From Octopus sinensis (lineage: Eukaryota), in assembly GCF_006345805.1 (NCBI RefSeq), contig NC_042997.1:50406001-50470000 (forward strand): a stretch of 64,000 bases of DNA, in the 5' to 3' direction. This document shows positions 1 to 11,152 of this stretch, piece by piece (the first letter of the stretch is position 1; every line of letters starts with the position of its first letter). The notes beneath the pieces were generated by a model. The model ran no database searches, was not told the DNA's origin, and was given only the letters and a program-made list of their open reading frames with translations. The position numbers were made by a program, and so were the translations under genes.

Positions 1-1
1 A

Positions 2-955
2 TGTCCACTTGAAATTGTTTTAACTTTCATGAAAATGGATATTTTCAAATGAAATTGTCCACAAATACACCTCGGATTATATAGATTCGAAGCATATAGG
101 ATTTGGGGAAAAAACAATTAGAGGTTATTTTTGTGAACTGTTCCCTACTGGGGGGTGGGGGGGGTTTGGAACAAGTCGTCCATATTTGTTTCAGTTTCTC
201 CATTTTGTGCGTTTGTGCATCCGTATATAACCCTTTACCCTAGTCGTAAAATTTCGGGAAAAAAATTGAAAAGTTAAGGAGAGGGTGTATTTAAAAGTCT
301 AAAAGTAGATTTTTTTGCATATTCAGAATCTCTCTTGGTAATAAGGTCGGAATCCGTAGAAAAAAAAAGCACAAAGGGGTGGCATGCTTATTCTCAGTGT
401 CTTCCCACACACACATATGTATAATGAAAAAGTTCAAACGGGAAATTATTCCATTCAATATCAGGTTTATTATAGAGATTATATAACAAATTTTAAGTTA
501 CACTTCTATATTTAACTGTGCGTGTATATTCCTGATTTTTGCTTCTGGTGTCTTTTACCTTTCTATTAGAAACGTTTACCTGGGAATTTACTTAAAGTGA
601 GAAAAAAATTGTATGCAACAGATAAGTTGTCTTAATAACATATAGCTGTGTACCAGACATTTAGCTGTTATTTTTAGCATGAGTTTTCTGGTGAGGACTT
701 CATTTGCCTTCATCGCTTGTTGCTTCAGTAGAAATCTACGGATGCACAAACACACGAAACAGAGAAAATGTAAGAAAATATGAACGACTTGTTCCGAAAC
801 ACCCCCGAGTGGGGAACAGTTCTCAAAATTTACTCCCAATTGTTTTCCCCAAAAATGTCTATATGTTCGAAATCTACATAGTCCGAGGTATATTTGTTGA
901 TAATTTCATTGAAAAATATTCATTTTCCTGAAAGATAAGCGAACTGAAGTGGACA
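2..955. mobile_element. Foldback/MITE-like element with long imperfect inverted arms (2-225 vs 737-955); left arm probably continues beyond the window start
   Basis: Reverse complement of 737-955 (tgtccacttcagttc...tacctcggactatgtagatttcgaacatatag...tttgtgcatccgta) aligns co-linearly with 2-225 (tgtccacttgaaattg...cacctcggattatatagattcgaagcatatag...tttgtgcatccgta). No coding capacity. Confidence 0.6.
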
Positions 956-1136
956 CCGGTGAATTTTCCGAAAATCCTTCCTCACCCCGCCAAAACAATT
1001 TCCCCCCGAAATTTTGTATATTCGGAATGTACATGATATACCACATTTTCGTAGAAACTTTTATTAAAATATATCTATTTTACTGAAAGTTATGATTATC
1101 CAAAATCGGTGGGGCAAAAATCCGTACTTAAGCCCT

Positions 1137-1212
1137 TGTGTGTGTGTGTGTGTGTGTGTATGTGTGTGTGTGTGTGTGTGTGTGTATGTATGCGCGCGCG
1201 CGTGTGTGTGTG
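1137..1212. repeat. (TG)n microsatellite
   Basis: Direct dinucleotide run. Confidence 0.95.
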
Positions 1213-1950
1213 TATACCTGTGTGTTTGCATCCTATTTCTCCGCTTTATACTAGTGTTCAGGGAAAAGTAAATACTTTTTTCTCCAAGCGGCGCCTCTTG
1301 AATACTAGGATTGAGATTGGTTTTTCATGTGGTCAAGCATGTAAATAGTCTCACAAAACTACCATTAGATATTTTATTACCATAAATAAATCAATTATAC
1401 ACGAAAGCTACTAGTACTCTAAATCGGACGGTATTTCATTTAGTACTTTGATAACTGTAAAGAATTTTAAAATTCTTAGCGGATATCCTATAAATATTAG
1501 ATATTATATTAAATATTAACATCAAAATATTAATACTTCATCTTATATACGAGGAAGGTAACTGATTTTTCATGTATTCACGCATGTTTATGAGTATTAA
1601 AAAAAAATACCATCGGATATAATTTTATAAACTATATGTTAAAACTACTTGAAATTTGAATTTGTTGGTACTTCACGTTTTATTACATTTGCATCTGTAA
1701 ATATAAGCATTAAAGAATGTTTAGTAGATATAATATTGACATAAAAATATTAAATGGCAAAAATTGCATTAAGTTTCCTATTCAGGTGACGGTACCATTG
1801 TGGCTTGCTATAAATTCAATTAAGCACGTTTCTCATGAATATGTAGTTGATATTTTACAATATAATTTATTAAACTAAGAGATCAACGTATTGATTTATA
1901 GTGATTGTAACTTTAGTAATTTTAGTTTATATACATATATATATTTTACG

Positions 1951-2216
1951 GAGATGTACTTGCATAGCGAGTGACTTGATCTGAGATCGTGTGCTGGAAC
2001 GAAAACAATTGCAGCGTAGAAGGTGTTTATAAGCCATTTAAGAAACACACAAAACCGCTAGATTCACTTCAACATTTAAATTTAATTTCTCAAAATATTT
2101 TCGTCGCTTTGAGACCGCGACCTGTTTGACAATACTTCGTGATGCAGCACGAAGTTTTGTCAATGAACACCTTCCACGCTGCAATTGGCTTATAAACACC
2201 TTCCACGCTGCAATTG

Positions 2217-2218
<2 letters not shown>
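1951..2218 (-). mobile_element. Probable Penelope-like pseudo-LTR remnant with inverted/tandem terminal piece, followed by (TA)n
   Basis: 33-bp inverted repeat 2004-2036/2186-2218 (1 mismatch), tandem copy at 2166-2187, hairpin 2126-2163, and a hammerhead-like 3' half on the minus strand (gtcgc..gcgac-GAAA-atattt). Family assignment is inference. Confidence 0.4.
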
Positions 2219-2275
<57 letters not shown>

Positions 2276-2951
2276 ATATATATAAACAATTTATCTACTA
2301 TATTTGGTAACGTTCAAGTTTTCCTTCATTTGCATAGTTGTAATGACCATAACTATTGCGCACAAATATGGATGACGCGATACTATAATATGATAGATAA
2401 TTAGCAGTTTTTGATAAGTCATGTTTTTTCTATATTTTAACAAACGCTCGCCAATTATATGACGAATGTTAACGCGCTCTCACCCTCTCTCTCAACCTAT
2501 CTCTATCTCTTTCTTTCAATCTCTCTCTCTATATATATAACACCTAGTTCACCCTAACTGCGACACCACCACTAATATGTTATGTATAACTTTTGTATCG
2601 CACGTTCGACGTACGATATAACTGAATAATATTAATGTCCTTGCAAATCGTTCTACTCAAGATACTGGTAATAACCTTCGACAATACGCAACTCTCGGCT
2701 TTACACTGCTCTGAAGGCTCTATGCGTATGTCCATTTATATTGGGACACAGTCCATTAGGAGCCAACCAACAGAGGTGTTCTACTTCCACACAACAATAA
2801 CAAACGCACGCGCACAACTATATTATACGTATTTGACAAGTATGTATATATATATATACTCATTACGTTTTTCTTTAATATATGCATAACCAAAACACAC
2901 ACATCTGAATCTGTCAAAGGTTGTCCAACACGCTGGAATGCAACACCTTTC

Positions 2952-3082
2952 TGAAATTTCTCCCCTGATGAAATACCCAATTAACCAGTTTCAATATGAA
3001 AATTTTAATTTAATTTAATTCAGTTTAATTTCTCTAACTGAATTAATTGGATATGGAAACGGCTGTAGAGATAGGAATTTCA
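2952..3082 (+). ncRNA. Type I hammerhead ribozyme-like motif with long AT-rich stem II
   Basis: CUGAUGA 2965-2971; stem II atacccaattaa/ttaattggatat; GAAA 3056-3059; minimal stem III AC-ggct-GU with GUA triplet (3065-3067); stem I tgaaatttctccc pairs with gagataggaatttca (1 mismatch, 2-nt bulge). Confidence 0.6.
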
Positions 3083-3156
3083 TACTGTATTGATTTGAAT
3101 ATCTTTAAATAAACTGATGTCTATACGCCATTTCTTCTATTTTCTTCTTTTTCTCA

Positions 3157-3252
3157 TATCTATCTATCTATCTATCTATGTAGATAGATAGACAGAAGAT
3201 AGATAGACAGACAGACAGGCAAGCAGACAGGCAAGTAGACAGACAGGCAGGC

Positions 3253-3284
<32 letters not shown>

Positions 3285-3304
3285 CGACAGACAGACAGAC
3301 AGAC

Positions 3305-3389
<85 letters not shown>
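3157..3389. repeat. Compound (GATA)n/(GACA)n tetranucleotide microsatellite; a second (GATA)n tract lies at 3634-3760
   Basis: Direct sequence. Confidence 0.95.
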
Positions 3390-3390
<1 letters not shown>

Positions 3391-3645
3391 GTTTCTTTAA
3401 GTTTCTTTATTAGCCACTTAGGGCCGAACACAGAGGGAACAAAATACAATGTAGAGCTTTCCTTTTCCAAAAAAAAAAAAAATTCCGATCAAAAGGGATC
3501 GTGTATCACAGAACATATCATAAATGTAAAAAACAGATAGGTTTATCAGTGGAATGAAAAGCCTACGGAAAAGACCACGGTAACCTCAGGCGTGGAGGTT
3601 TCGTCATTCGCGCATACTATCATTCGTGCGTACTAGATAGATAGG

Positions 3646-3697
<52 letters not shown>

Positions 3698-3698
3698 C

Positions 3699-3761
<63 letters not shown>

Positions 3762-3769
3762 GCTTAGTT

Positions 3770-4385
3770 TTGCGCTGCCAGTATAGTGCTCACGGTCTCT
3801 TCTTTTAAAGTTCCTTTCATCTTCCAATCCCACCTGTTTTTTCAAGCAACTTGTGTTATGGCTACATGGAAATGATTGTGTAGTCCCTTCTTGCGTAATT
3901 CTTCTTCATGTCCTCTTTGTACTTCTACCTTTGTTTTCCCTTTTTTATCTGCTTCCCATACTCTCTCGTTCCTAATTGTCACTAACAAGGTTTCCTTACT
4001 TCTGTCTAGGTATCTCATTAAGTTCTCGAGTTCGATACCCACGCAGTTTTCCCCACTTATCAGTCCTCTTCCTCCAGTCATTCCCTTCATAAATAGGCGA
4101 TCAATGTACATGGGTTCCATGTATTGTTAGGAGCTTTCTTGACTCCCATTTCCTTTAGTTCTTCCTCTGTCCATTTCAGGATTCCAGCGCGATACCGAAC
4201 TACTGCGACCGCGCGCGGGTTTATTGCTGAAATTATATTTCTGGCATTCAGCTTTGAAGCTAATATTTTTCTCACTTGCTGCAGATACTGTCTTATTGTC
4301 TTTTCCTTCATGTCGTTGTGTTTGATTCCATCTGCCTCAAGTATTCCCAAATATTTGGCCAGTGAACTGTATAGATACTTGGAAA
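3770..4385 (-). mobile_element. Degraded R4/Dong-type non-LTR retrotransposon fragment (RT thumb region)
   Basis: Minus-strand translations KYLGILEADGIKHNDMKEK...INPRAVAVVRYRAGILKWT and LFMKGMTGGRGLISGENCVGIELENLMRYL resemble the KYLG...RYxAG..W and GGRGL motifs of REL-type LINEs; frameshifted. Confidence 0.75.
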
Positions 4386-5182
4386 ATGTGGGATGATCGT
4401 CTATACATGAAGAGAGCTGGGTGGTATATTGGCAGAACTTTTAGGTCGTCAGTCAAAATTCCTTGAATAATTTAGTTAGGTTTGTTATTTTTGGTTTCTA
4501 ATCCCATTCAGGTCAGTTACGCTTTCAGTTTTCCAGGGTCAATAAAATAAATTTCAGTTTTTTTATCTTCATTTTATATCTCTCCCATCCTAAACACACC
4601 AAATGTCGCTGTAATTTAATTTAGACTTATATAATTATTGAGAATTATTTATTTAATTGATTTAATTAATTTTTCATCGACTCTTAATAGTCATTTCGGA
4701 TATGTTTTATAACTCAATATATTGAATTGTTTAAACTTTTATTGAAATTCTTGATCTTTTACAATATTAACAGAATCTACAACGCTACCTAATTATCGTA
4801 TTCCACTCCACATAATGTATCAAATTAATTACTTGAAAGTAGAAAACGACTGTCTTTCTGAGGACTGCTTTATACATATTTATAGTATTCTATTTGACCT
4901 CACTAGTGTTTTCGTATTCTTTTTTCCTTGTACGGTGTATATTGCCCCTAATTAGCTTAGCTTAACTTACCGCCCTTCCTCGTTTCTACGCATTTATTCT
5001 TAATTATTTCTAGGTTATTCCTTCGTGCTTGAAAACGTCGAAGAAGACAAAAACGAAATTGCAAAACCGTAGCACTCATTTGGATAAAATTACATAAAGT
5101 CGAAGTATGCCATGAATATTTTATACGCAGATGACCTAAGAAGCCCTTTCCAAATAACGCTTTCTCTCTCTCTCTCTCCCTA

Positions 5183-5272
<90 letters not shown>

Positions 5273-5333
5273 CTACATATATATATATAATGTATGTATG
5301 TATGTATGTATGTATGTATGTATGTATGTATAT

Positions 5334-6162
5334 GTTCGTCCTTCGGTTCGAAGATGACCAACTGACATCATCTGATGGAACTGCCGCCATGAGACCGGAG
5401 GTGGCTGGTGAGGCCAATCCGGGCAAGGAAGCCCCTCCCACAGGTGGGGCAGAAGTGGGTAGGGGCCGTGCTACTGGTGCAGGCGGCTCTGGCTTTACGC
5501 ATCTGACGTTTCTGCTCCGCTGACCGAATCCGTCCCTCCTCGGCTGTCCCTGCTCCCACGGTGATTGCGCTGCACCAGGATGAGCGGTTGGCAGCAAGTG
5601 TCTCCCAGGTCTCTGTTCCGATGGAGAAGTCTTTGAGAGAGACCTTGAGACTATCCTTGTAGCGCTTCTTCTGCCCTCCGACTTTGCGCCTGCCCTGGCC
5701 GAGTTCACCGCAGAAGAGCTGTTTTGGGATGCGAGTGTCGGACATGCGGGAGACGTGGCCCGCCCATCTCAGCTGGGCCTTGCGCATGATTGTGATGGTG
5801 CTAGGGAGATCTGCCTGCTTCAGAACTTCCGTGTCTGGGACTTTGTCCTGCCAGCGGATGTGAAGGAGGTTCCGAAGACACCTGAGATGGAAGTGGTTTA
5901 TCTGGCGCTCGTGCCTTCGGTAAGCAGTCCAAGTCTCGCAGCCGTATAGTAGGGTGGTAAGCACGACTGCCCGGTAGACTTTCAGCTTGGTGTTGAGGCT
6001 GATTCCTCTCCGCTCCCAGACTTTCTTTCGCAGTCTCCCAAACGCGCTGCTTGCCTTGGAGATTCTGTTGGTGGTTTCAGCATCTATGTTGGCATTGCAG
6101 GAGAGAGTGCTGCCCAGGTAGCTGAAGTTTTCCACCACTCGTAGGATCCGTCCGTTCACCCT
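5334..6162 (-). mobile_element. 5'-truncated RTE-clade (BovB-like) LINE, 3' 0.8 kb, inserted within microsatellites
   Basis: Uninterrupted frame FSYLGSTLS...LLYGCETW...[11 protein letters not shown]...PKQLFCGEL...GGQKKRYKD...[21 protein letters not shown]; short 3' UTR ending gtcatcttcgaaccgaaggacgaac plus simple-repeat tail; GC-rich relative to flanks. Confidence 0.93.
5368..6162 (-). CDS. RTE ORF C-terminal fragment (RT thumb plus C-terminal C2H2 zinc finger)
   Basis: ORF track 5368..6252; residues upstream of about 6162 are (TA)n translation and not part of the element. Confidence 0.85.
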   Translation of the reverse strand, partial: RVNGRILRVVENFSYLGSTLSCNANIDAETTNRISKASSAFGRLRKKVWERRGISLNTKLKVYRAVVLTTLLYGCETWTAYRRHERQINHFHLRCLRNLLHIRWQDKVPDTEVLKQADLPSTITIMRKAQLRWAGHVSRMSDTRIPKQLFCGELGQGRRKVGGQKKRYKDSLKVSLKDFSIGTETWETLAANRSSWCSAITVGAGTAEEGRIRSAEQKRQMRKARAACTSSTAPTHFCPTCGRGFLARIGLTSHLRSHGGSSIR

Positions 6163-6177
6163 TATATGTATATATAT

Positions 6178-6249
<72 letters not shown>

Positions 6250-6274
6250 CACATATATATATATATATTATATA

Positions 6275-6310
<36 letters not shown>

Positions 6311-6382
6311 TGTATGTATGTATGTATTATGTATGTATGTATGTATGTATATATGTATATATGTATATATGTATGTATGTAT
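6163..6382. repeat. Compound (TA)n/(TATG)n microsatellite; a similar tract at 5160-5333 flanks the other side of the RTE
   Basis: Direct sequence. Confidence 0.95.
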
Positions 6383-7789
6383 GAAAATACTGGAGACATC
6401 ATTAAAGGAGGAGATATTGTTGAAAATTGTAAATGATGAAAGTTGATAATGAGAGTATGAGGATATTAATAAAAATACTAAAATAAAATAAAAATAAGAA
6501 ACTTATGTTTATCCCTACCAAAATATTAAACAGGTTTGATTACTTTTACTATATACAATATGTTGTTGTCAGTGATTCACTCGTCACTGTACATTTCGCT
6601 GTTTTGTTTTGTCTTTTTGATAATTGTTATATACATATTTTCACATGGATACATTGTCTCACAAAAAGGTTAAATACATTTTCTAAAGGTTTTCAGAGGA
6701 CATTAGGTTTAGTTTAGACAAAAACCTGCGCATTTATAACATATTTCACACATTCTGTGCAAAAGCTCTAAATAAACATTATAAACGTTATTATTCACAT
6801 TCACAGCAAATAGTTGATACATTATTCAAACCAGTATTCTGCTATCTTTTTGCTCATACTACGGGATGTTTTACCTGTACAGGTTGTACTGATATCCTTA
6901 TATTATTCTTCCATACAGTTCATGTGATACACTATCTTACTAGTTATGACCTTTGTTATCGTCATAAATGAGTGCAAATTACATAGAGATATGGATTAGT
7001 CGTATTTTTATCACTTTGAATATAGCTTTCACTTTAGATAGTATTTTTCTAAATTTGTGGGATACCCCAACTCTAAGAGATAACGTAGACGAGCCCCATT
7101 GAATTTTTGCTGTCGTATCATGAACTTACTTTGTCTAATTTTTTTCTTTTCTTTTGTGACCTGTTCCGTATACCTAGATATATGGTTAAAAAAAAGATAG
7201 AGACATTTGAAGGGACAATAAACAGCGTGCATTGGTCTGATGCTCGAGAAAAAAAATGGAAGAATCTACGTTCTTCTACGGAAAAGAATAATGATAGAAA
7301 AGTGGCGGAAAGAGAAAAAAACGTGTCTGGTTAACAGTTGCACATAAGTAATATAAAGATACATATATATACATACATAAATGCATACATATACAAATAT
7401 ATATATTTGTATATAAACATGTGTGTATGCATATATATGAATGCATGTCTATAGATTTTGTATATGCAGGTATATGTACATATATGTGAATGTGTACATA
7501 TTATACATCATATATATATATAGAAACTATAAATATATACCTGCAACTATATATACTTACACATTTACGCATAAACATACGCTCACGTACACAAACATTC
7601 ATCCATCCATCCATGCATACATACAGACAGACATAGTGACAGACAAACAGACAAACAGAGACAGACAAACAGACAGACAAAAAAGCTGTATGCAAATGCA
7701 GTGTGAGCTGCAACCGTAGACCACCAGCATATTTCAAGTGTGGCATAAAAGACAGTGCAGCAAATAGTACACTCGTGGTGGCCACCATT

Positions 7790-8480
7790 ACCACCATGTC
7801 CACCATCACACCAGTTCTACTGATAGGTATTAGAGGCCTCGTGCAAGACAACAACAAACGCAAAATTGCGTACCTGAAGGATTGTTCTTCATGCAATCAA
7901 GCAATATGCATTTCACTCACGGAGACACATCTGGCTGCAGGTTTAAATGATGCAGAGATACACATACCAATATATGTTGTATTCCTTTCAGACAGAAGAG
8001 GAAAAGTCACAGTGGAATTGTGCTGTAAAATTGGGAAGATGTAACGTCGCTAACCCTGTTGTCACACTCAAACTCAATCTGTTACGCACTGGAAGTGCAT
8101 TTAAAGCAACTTAATGTGGGAATATGCACGTTATATCGCCTACCCAGTGCCTCAAACCAAGAAGATAAATTTGAGGAAAGTCTTGCAATAATAAAAGTAC
8201 TAAGAAAGCTAGATCAATGCATTAATGTACCTCTGATGGGTCACTTCAACTTCCCCAACATCAGATCGCCAGAGGGCAAAGGGCGCAGGCAAGCAGAATT
8301 TCTATTTGATTTCATGAAAACAGTGTTCATGAACAGACCATATGTACACTCCCCAACCAAAAACAATAGCATCTTAAAGCTTTGCTTCACCAAAAATACG
8401 GAACTTGTCCACAATGTGAGGGTATCGCCGGCAATTTTCTGAAACTGCAACAAAGTAGAACTGACGATGTACAGTCCAAA
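7790..8480 (+). pseudogene. Degraded CR1-group LINE APE endonuclease remnant
   Basis: IRGLVQDNNKRKIAYL...ISLTETHL...DAEIHIP..SDR and LYRLP...MGHFNFPNI...PTKNNSILKLCF are APE motifs in broken frames. Confidence 0.75.
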
Positions 8481-8961
8481 ACAAGCCCTATCCAGTCTAA
8501 ATTTCTACAAGGTTCACTTGTAAAACATACTCCAGTAAAATTGAAAAATATACTCCGGAAAAATTGGCTTAAAACTCTCGTTATGCAAGATATTGATATG
8601 AAACTTTAAAACGTCATGTCAATAATTCGATCCATAGCACTGATATTAATAACAGTAATGAAAGTATTTATTAATATTCTTAATAACAGTTATTGGAAAA
8701 TTACTATTTAATAAGCAACTGAATTCCTCTATAAAGATAGTTTTGTAAAATGTAAATATATCTACAAACGGTATTATGCTTTCTTGTCATCAACATACAG
8801 AATGATTATGATACGGTGAGAAACTTTTACAGAATGATCGATATTTTCTCAAATCTCTTGCTCATTCCTGCATTTTGAATATTATCCAGTCTGTTAAATA
8901 GAGCAGAAGAACCTTCCTTAAATCATACCTTCTAAATTTGAAATTAAGAACTAATTAAATT

Positions 8962-9118
8962 GTTTCTAGTTTAGGTACAAGGCCAGCAACTCTGAGAGGA
9001 AGTGGGTTGTCGATTCGAGTACGTGGCCTGTTTGAACTCAAAACGACGTCTAGTGCTGGAACAAATACCGTAAAGCATTTTTTCCACGGCTCTAACGATT
9101 CTGCCAGCTCGCCACCCT
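8962..9118 (-). mobile_element. Degenerate tRNA-derived SINE fragment
   Basis: Ends in ctaacgattctgccagctcgcc, the reverse complement of the SINE head seen at 34526 and 38690. Confidence 0.55.
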
Positions 9119-9984
9119 GAGAGGATAGCTAATATTGTCATATATACCACAAGGAAAACGTGATGGTCAACGTTGGAATTCTTTTAACTCCTAGAGTTTT
9201 AGATGATGATGATGATGATGGTGATGGTGGTGAAGGTGATAGTAATAACAATAATAACTGACAGATCCCGCCTTTTTCCCTTTCTTTTCGTTTCCTTCTC
9301 TGTATTTTATTCTCATTATTTCGAACTAATACATACAGAGTGAGCCTTGAAGAAAGGAAGAGGAGGAAAAAGAGGAGAAGAAAAAAAAAAAAATAATAAT
9401 AATAAAAAAAAAATGTTCGGAGATAAAACTATCAACAAAAATACAGACGAATATAGATCAACTAGTCTTAAAAAGCTGCGCTATGAGCAATGCTTAAAAC
9501 CCTCAGCCCTCCCTCCAACGTATAATTTACTTTAAAAAGAAATACTTTAAAAGGGAAAAACGTGAGAAAAAAAAAAAAAAGAAGAAATTAATAATCTAAA
9601 TTAACGATAGTCAAAAACATGTGCCTTCTCGCACATAAACACAGTATTCACACATATACAAACATGCGCAGATGCAATTATTGAAGTACTAAATGGCACG
9701 TCAAATGATATTTAATCGAGTGGAACATTTTGCATGCATATCAATATTCTAAAGTTGGACATACTATCCCTTATCCTAAAGCTGCTTCAGACAATTAGGA
9801 AGGGTTCCCGACTCGTTGCACCGTCTGCTTTCAATCTTGGATTGTGATTCGGCTCAGCCCAAACTCTCTCAGATTTTGTCTGCTGTTGCCTACTCCTACA
9901 AGGATTGCACCTGTTTTTTGTTCCTGATTTAACTCCGATTTGTCCTAGAGCCCATAGAAGATTGTTTTTAGTCAACCATCCATC

Positions 9985-11152
9985 ATGTCAGCTACCTACG
10001 GATCGAAACTGAGATCTGCAAGAAGGGCTTCTCATCAAGATGATGGTCCTACCAATAGTCAGCTCAACGAGCAGTTGCTGTTGCTCAAACAAGAGGTTGA
10101 GCACCTAAAGTCTGTTGTTGCTCTCTTACTGAATAAACAGTCTCCTGTTGACGCAGAGTCACCCTTGATTTCTTCCCTGGAGACGTCCAAACCGAAGGGA
10201 ACAAAATCGAAGCGGCCAAAGAAGGCGAAGGAACCGGCGGTCGTTTCTGCACATGATCGTTCCTGTGCGGATTCTTCCCCAACTGCCTTTTCGGTCCCGG
10301 AGGTTCCCCAACCGAATTTGAGGAGCGTAGACTCAAACCCACCTGAAGACCGTTGTTCTCCCCAAAAGAAGAAACGTCGTCAAAACTCCAGTGGGGCGGA
10401 TTTAGCTATGAAACCTGATCACGATAAAATCCGTTTGGATTCTCCTTCACTTGTCCTTCCCATTAATGCCATTGCTCAACCAATTCTGAACGATCTCGAT
10501 GTGAGTTCATCTGGGGAGTGGCGCTCCCCCAAACCGAAGAAGAGGCAGTGCAGTTCCAAACCAGGCGAGAAATTATGACCACTAAACCCATTCCGATCGA
10601 CCCCACAGGCCGACATAAGTCCGATGGCTATGAAACCACCCTTTCGAAATCCTTCAATGAAGAATCGAATACCACAGCTCATAGTAGAGAAATTTTGCCC
10701 ACTCAAGATCAGCAATAATTTACGGTAAAGCTGAATCCACCCGTGATACAGGCATAAACCGCCTAAAAGATGACATTAATTTTGTTTCCATTTTGGTTGG
10801 AGAATTGTTCTCTGTGAACGAAAAGGTCAGTGTCCTTAAGGTCGCTCGGCTAGGAAGATTCCAAGCGAACCCAACCGCAGATACTAGACCACGCCCAATA
10901 AGGGTAATCTTTTCTTCTGATCGGGAGGCTTCAGTCTTTCTGAACAGAGCTCAGACGCATGCCTGGGAGGACCCCGATATGGGTTTTCGCGAGGAATACT
11001 CACTAAGAGAGAGAATTCGCCGGAGAAACCTGATATCCGAACTAAAGACGAGGAAACAAATGGGAGAGAAGGGTTTACGAATCCAAGATGGACAGATAAT
11101 CAAGTCCTACCTCTGGTCCCATGCTGTAGTGCTGACAGGGAAAGTGATGTGA
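9985..11152 (+). CDS. CR1-type ORF1 (coiled-coil N-terminus, L1-like RRM C-terminus), interrupted by frameshift(s) at about 10560-10690
   Basis: ATG 9985 (QLLLLKQEVEHLKSVV); later frame SAIIYGKAES..RLKDDINFV..RLGRF..RPRPIRVIF..FREEYSLRERIRRRNLISELKTRKQMGEKGLRIQDGQII to TGA 11152. Confidence 0.75.

Noticed and set aside
7029-7334. Short ORFs in moderately complex sequence
   Set aside because: No recognisable motif; cannot be supported as gene or element
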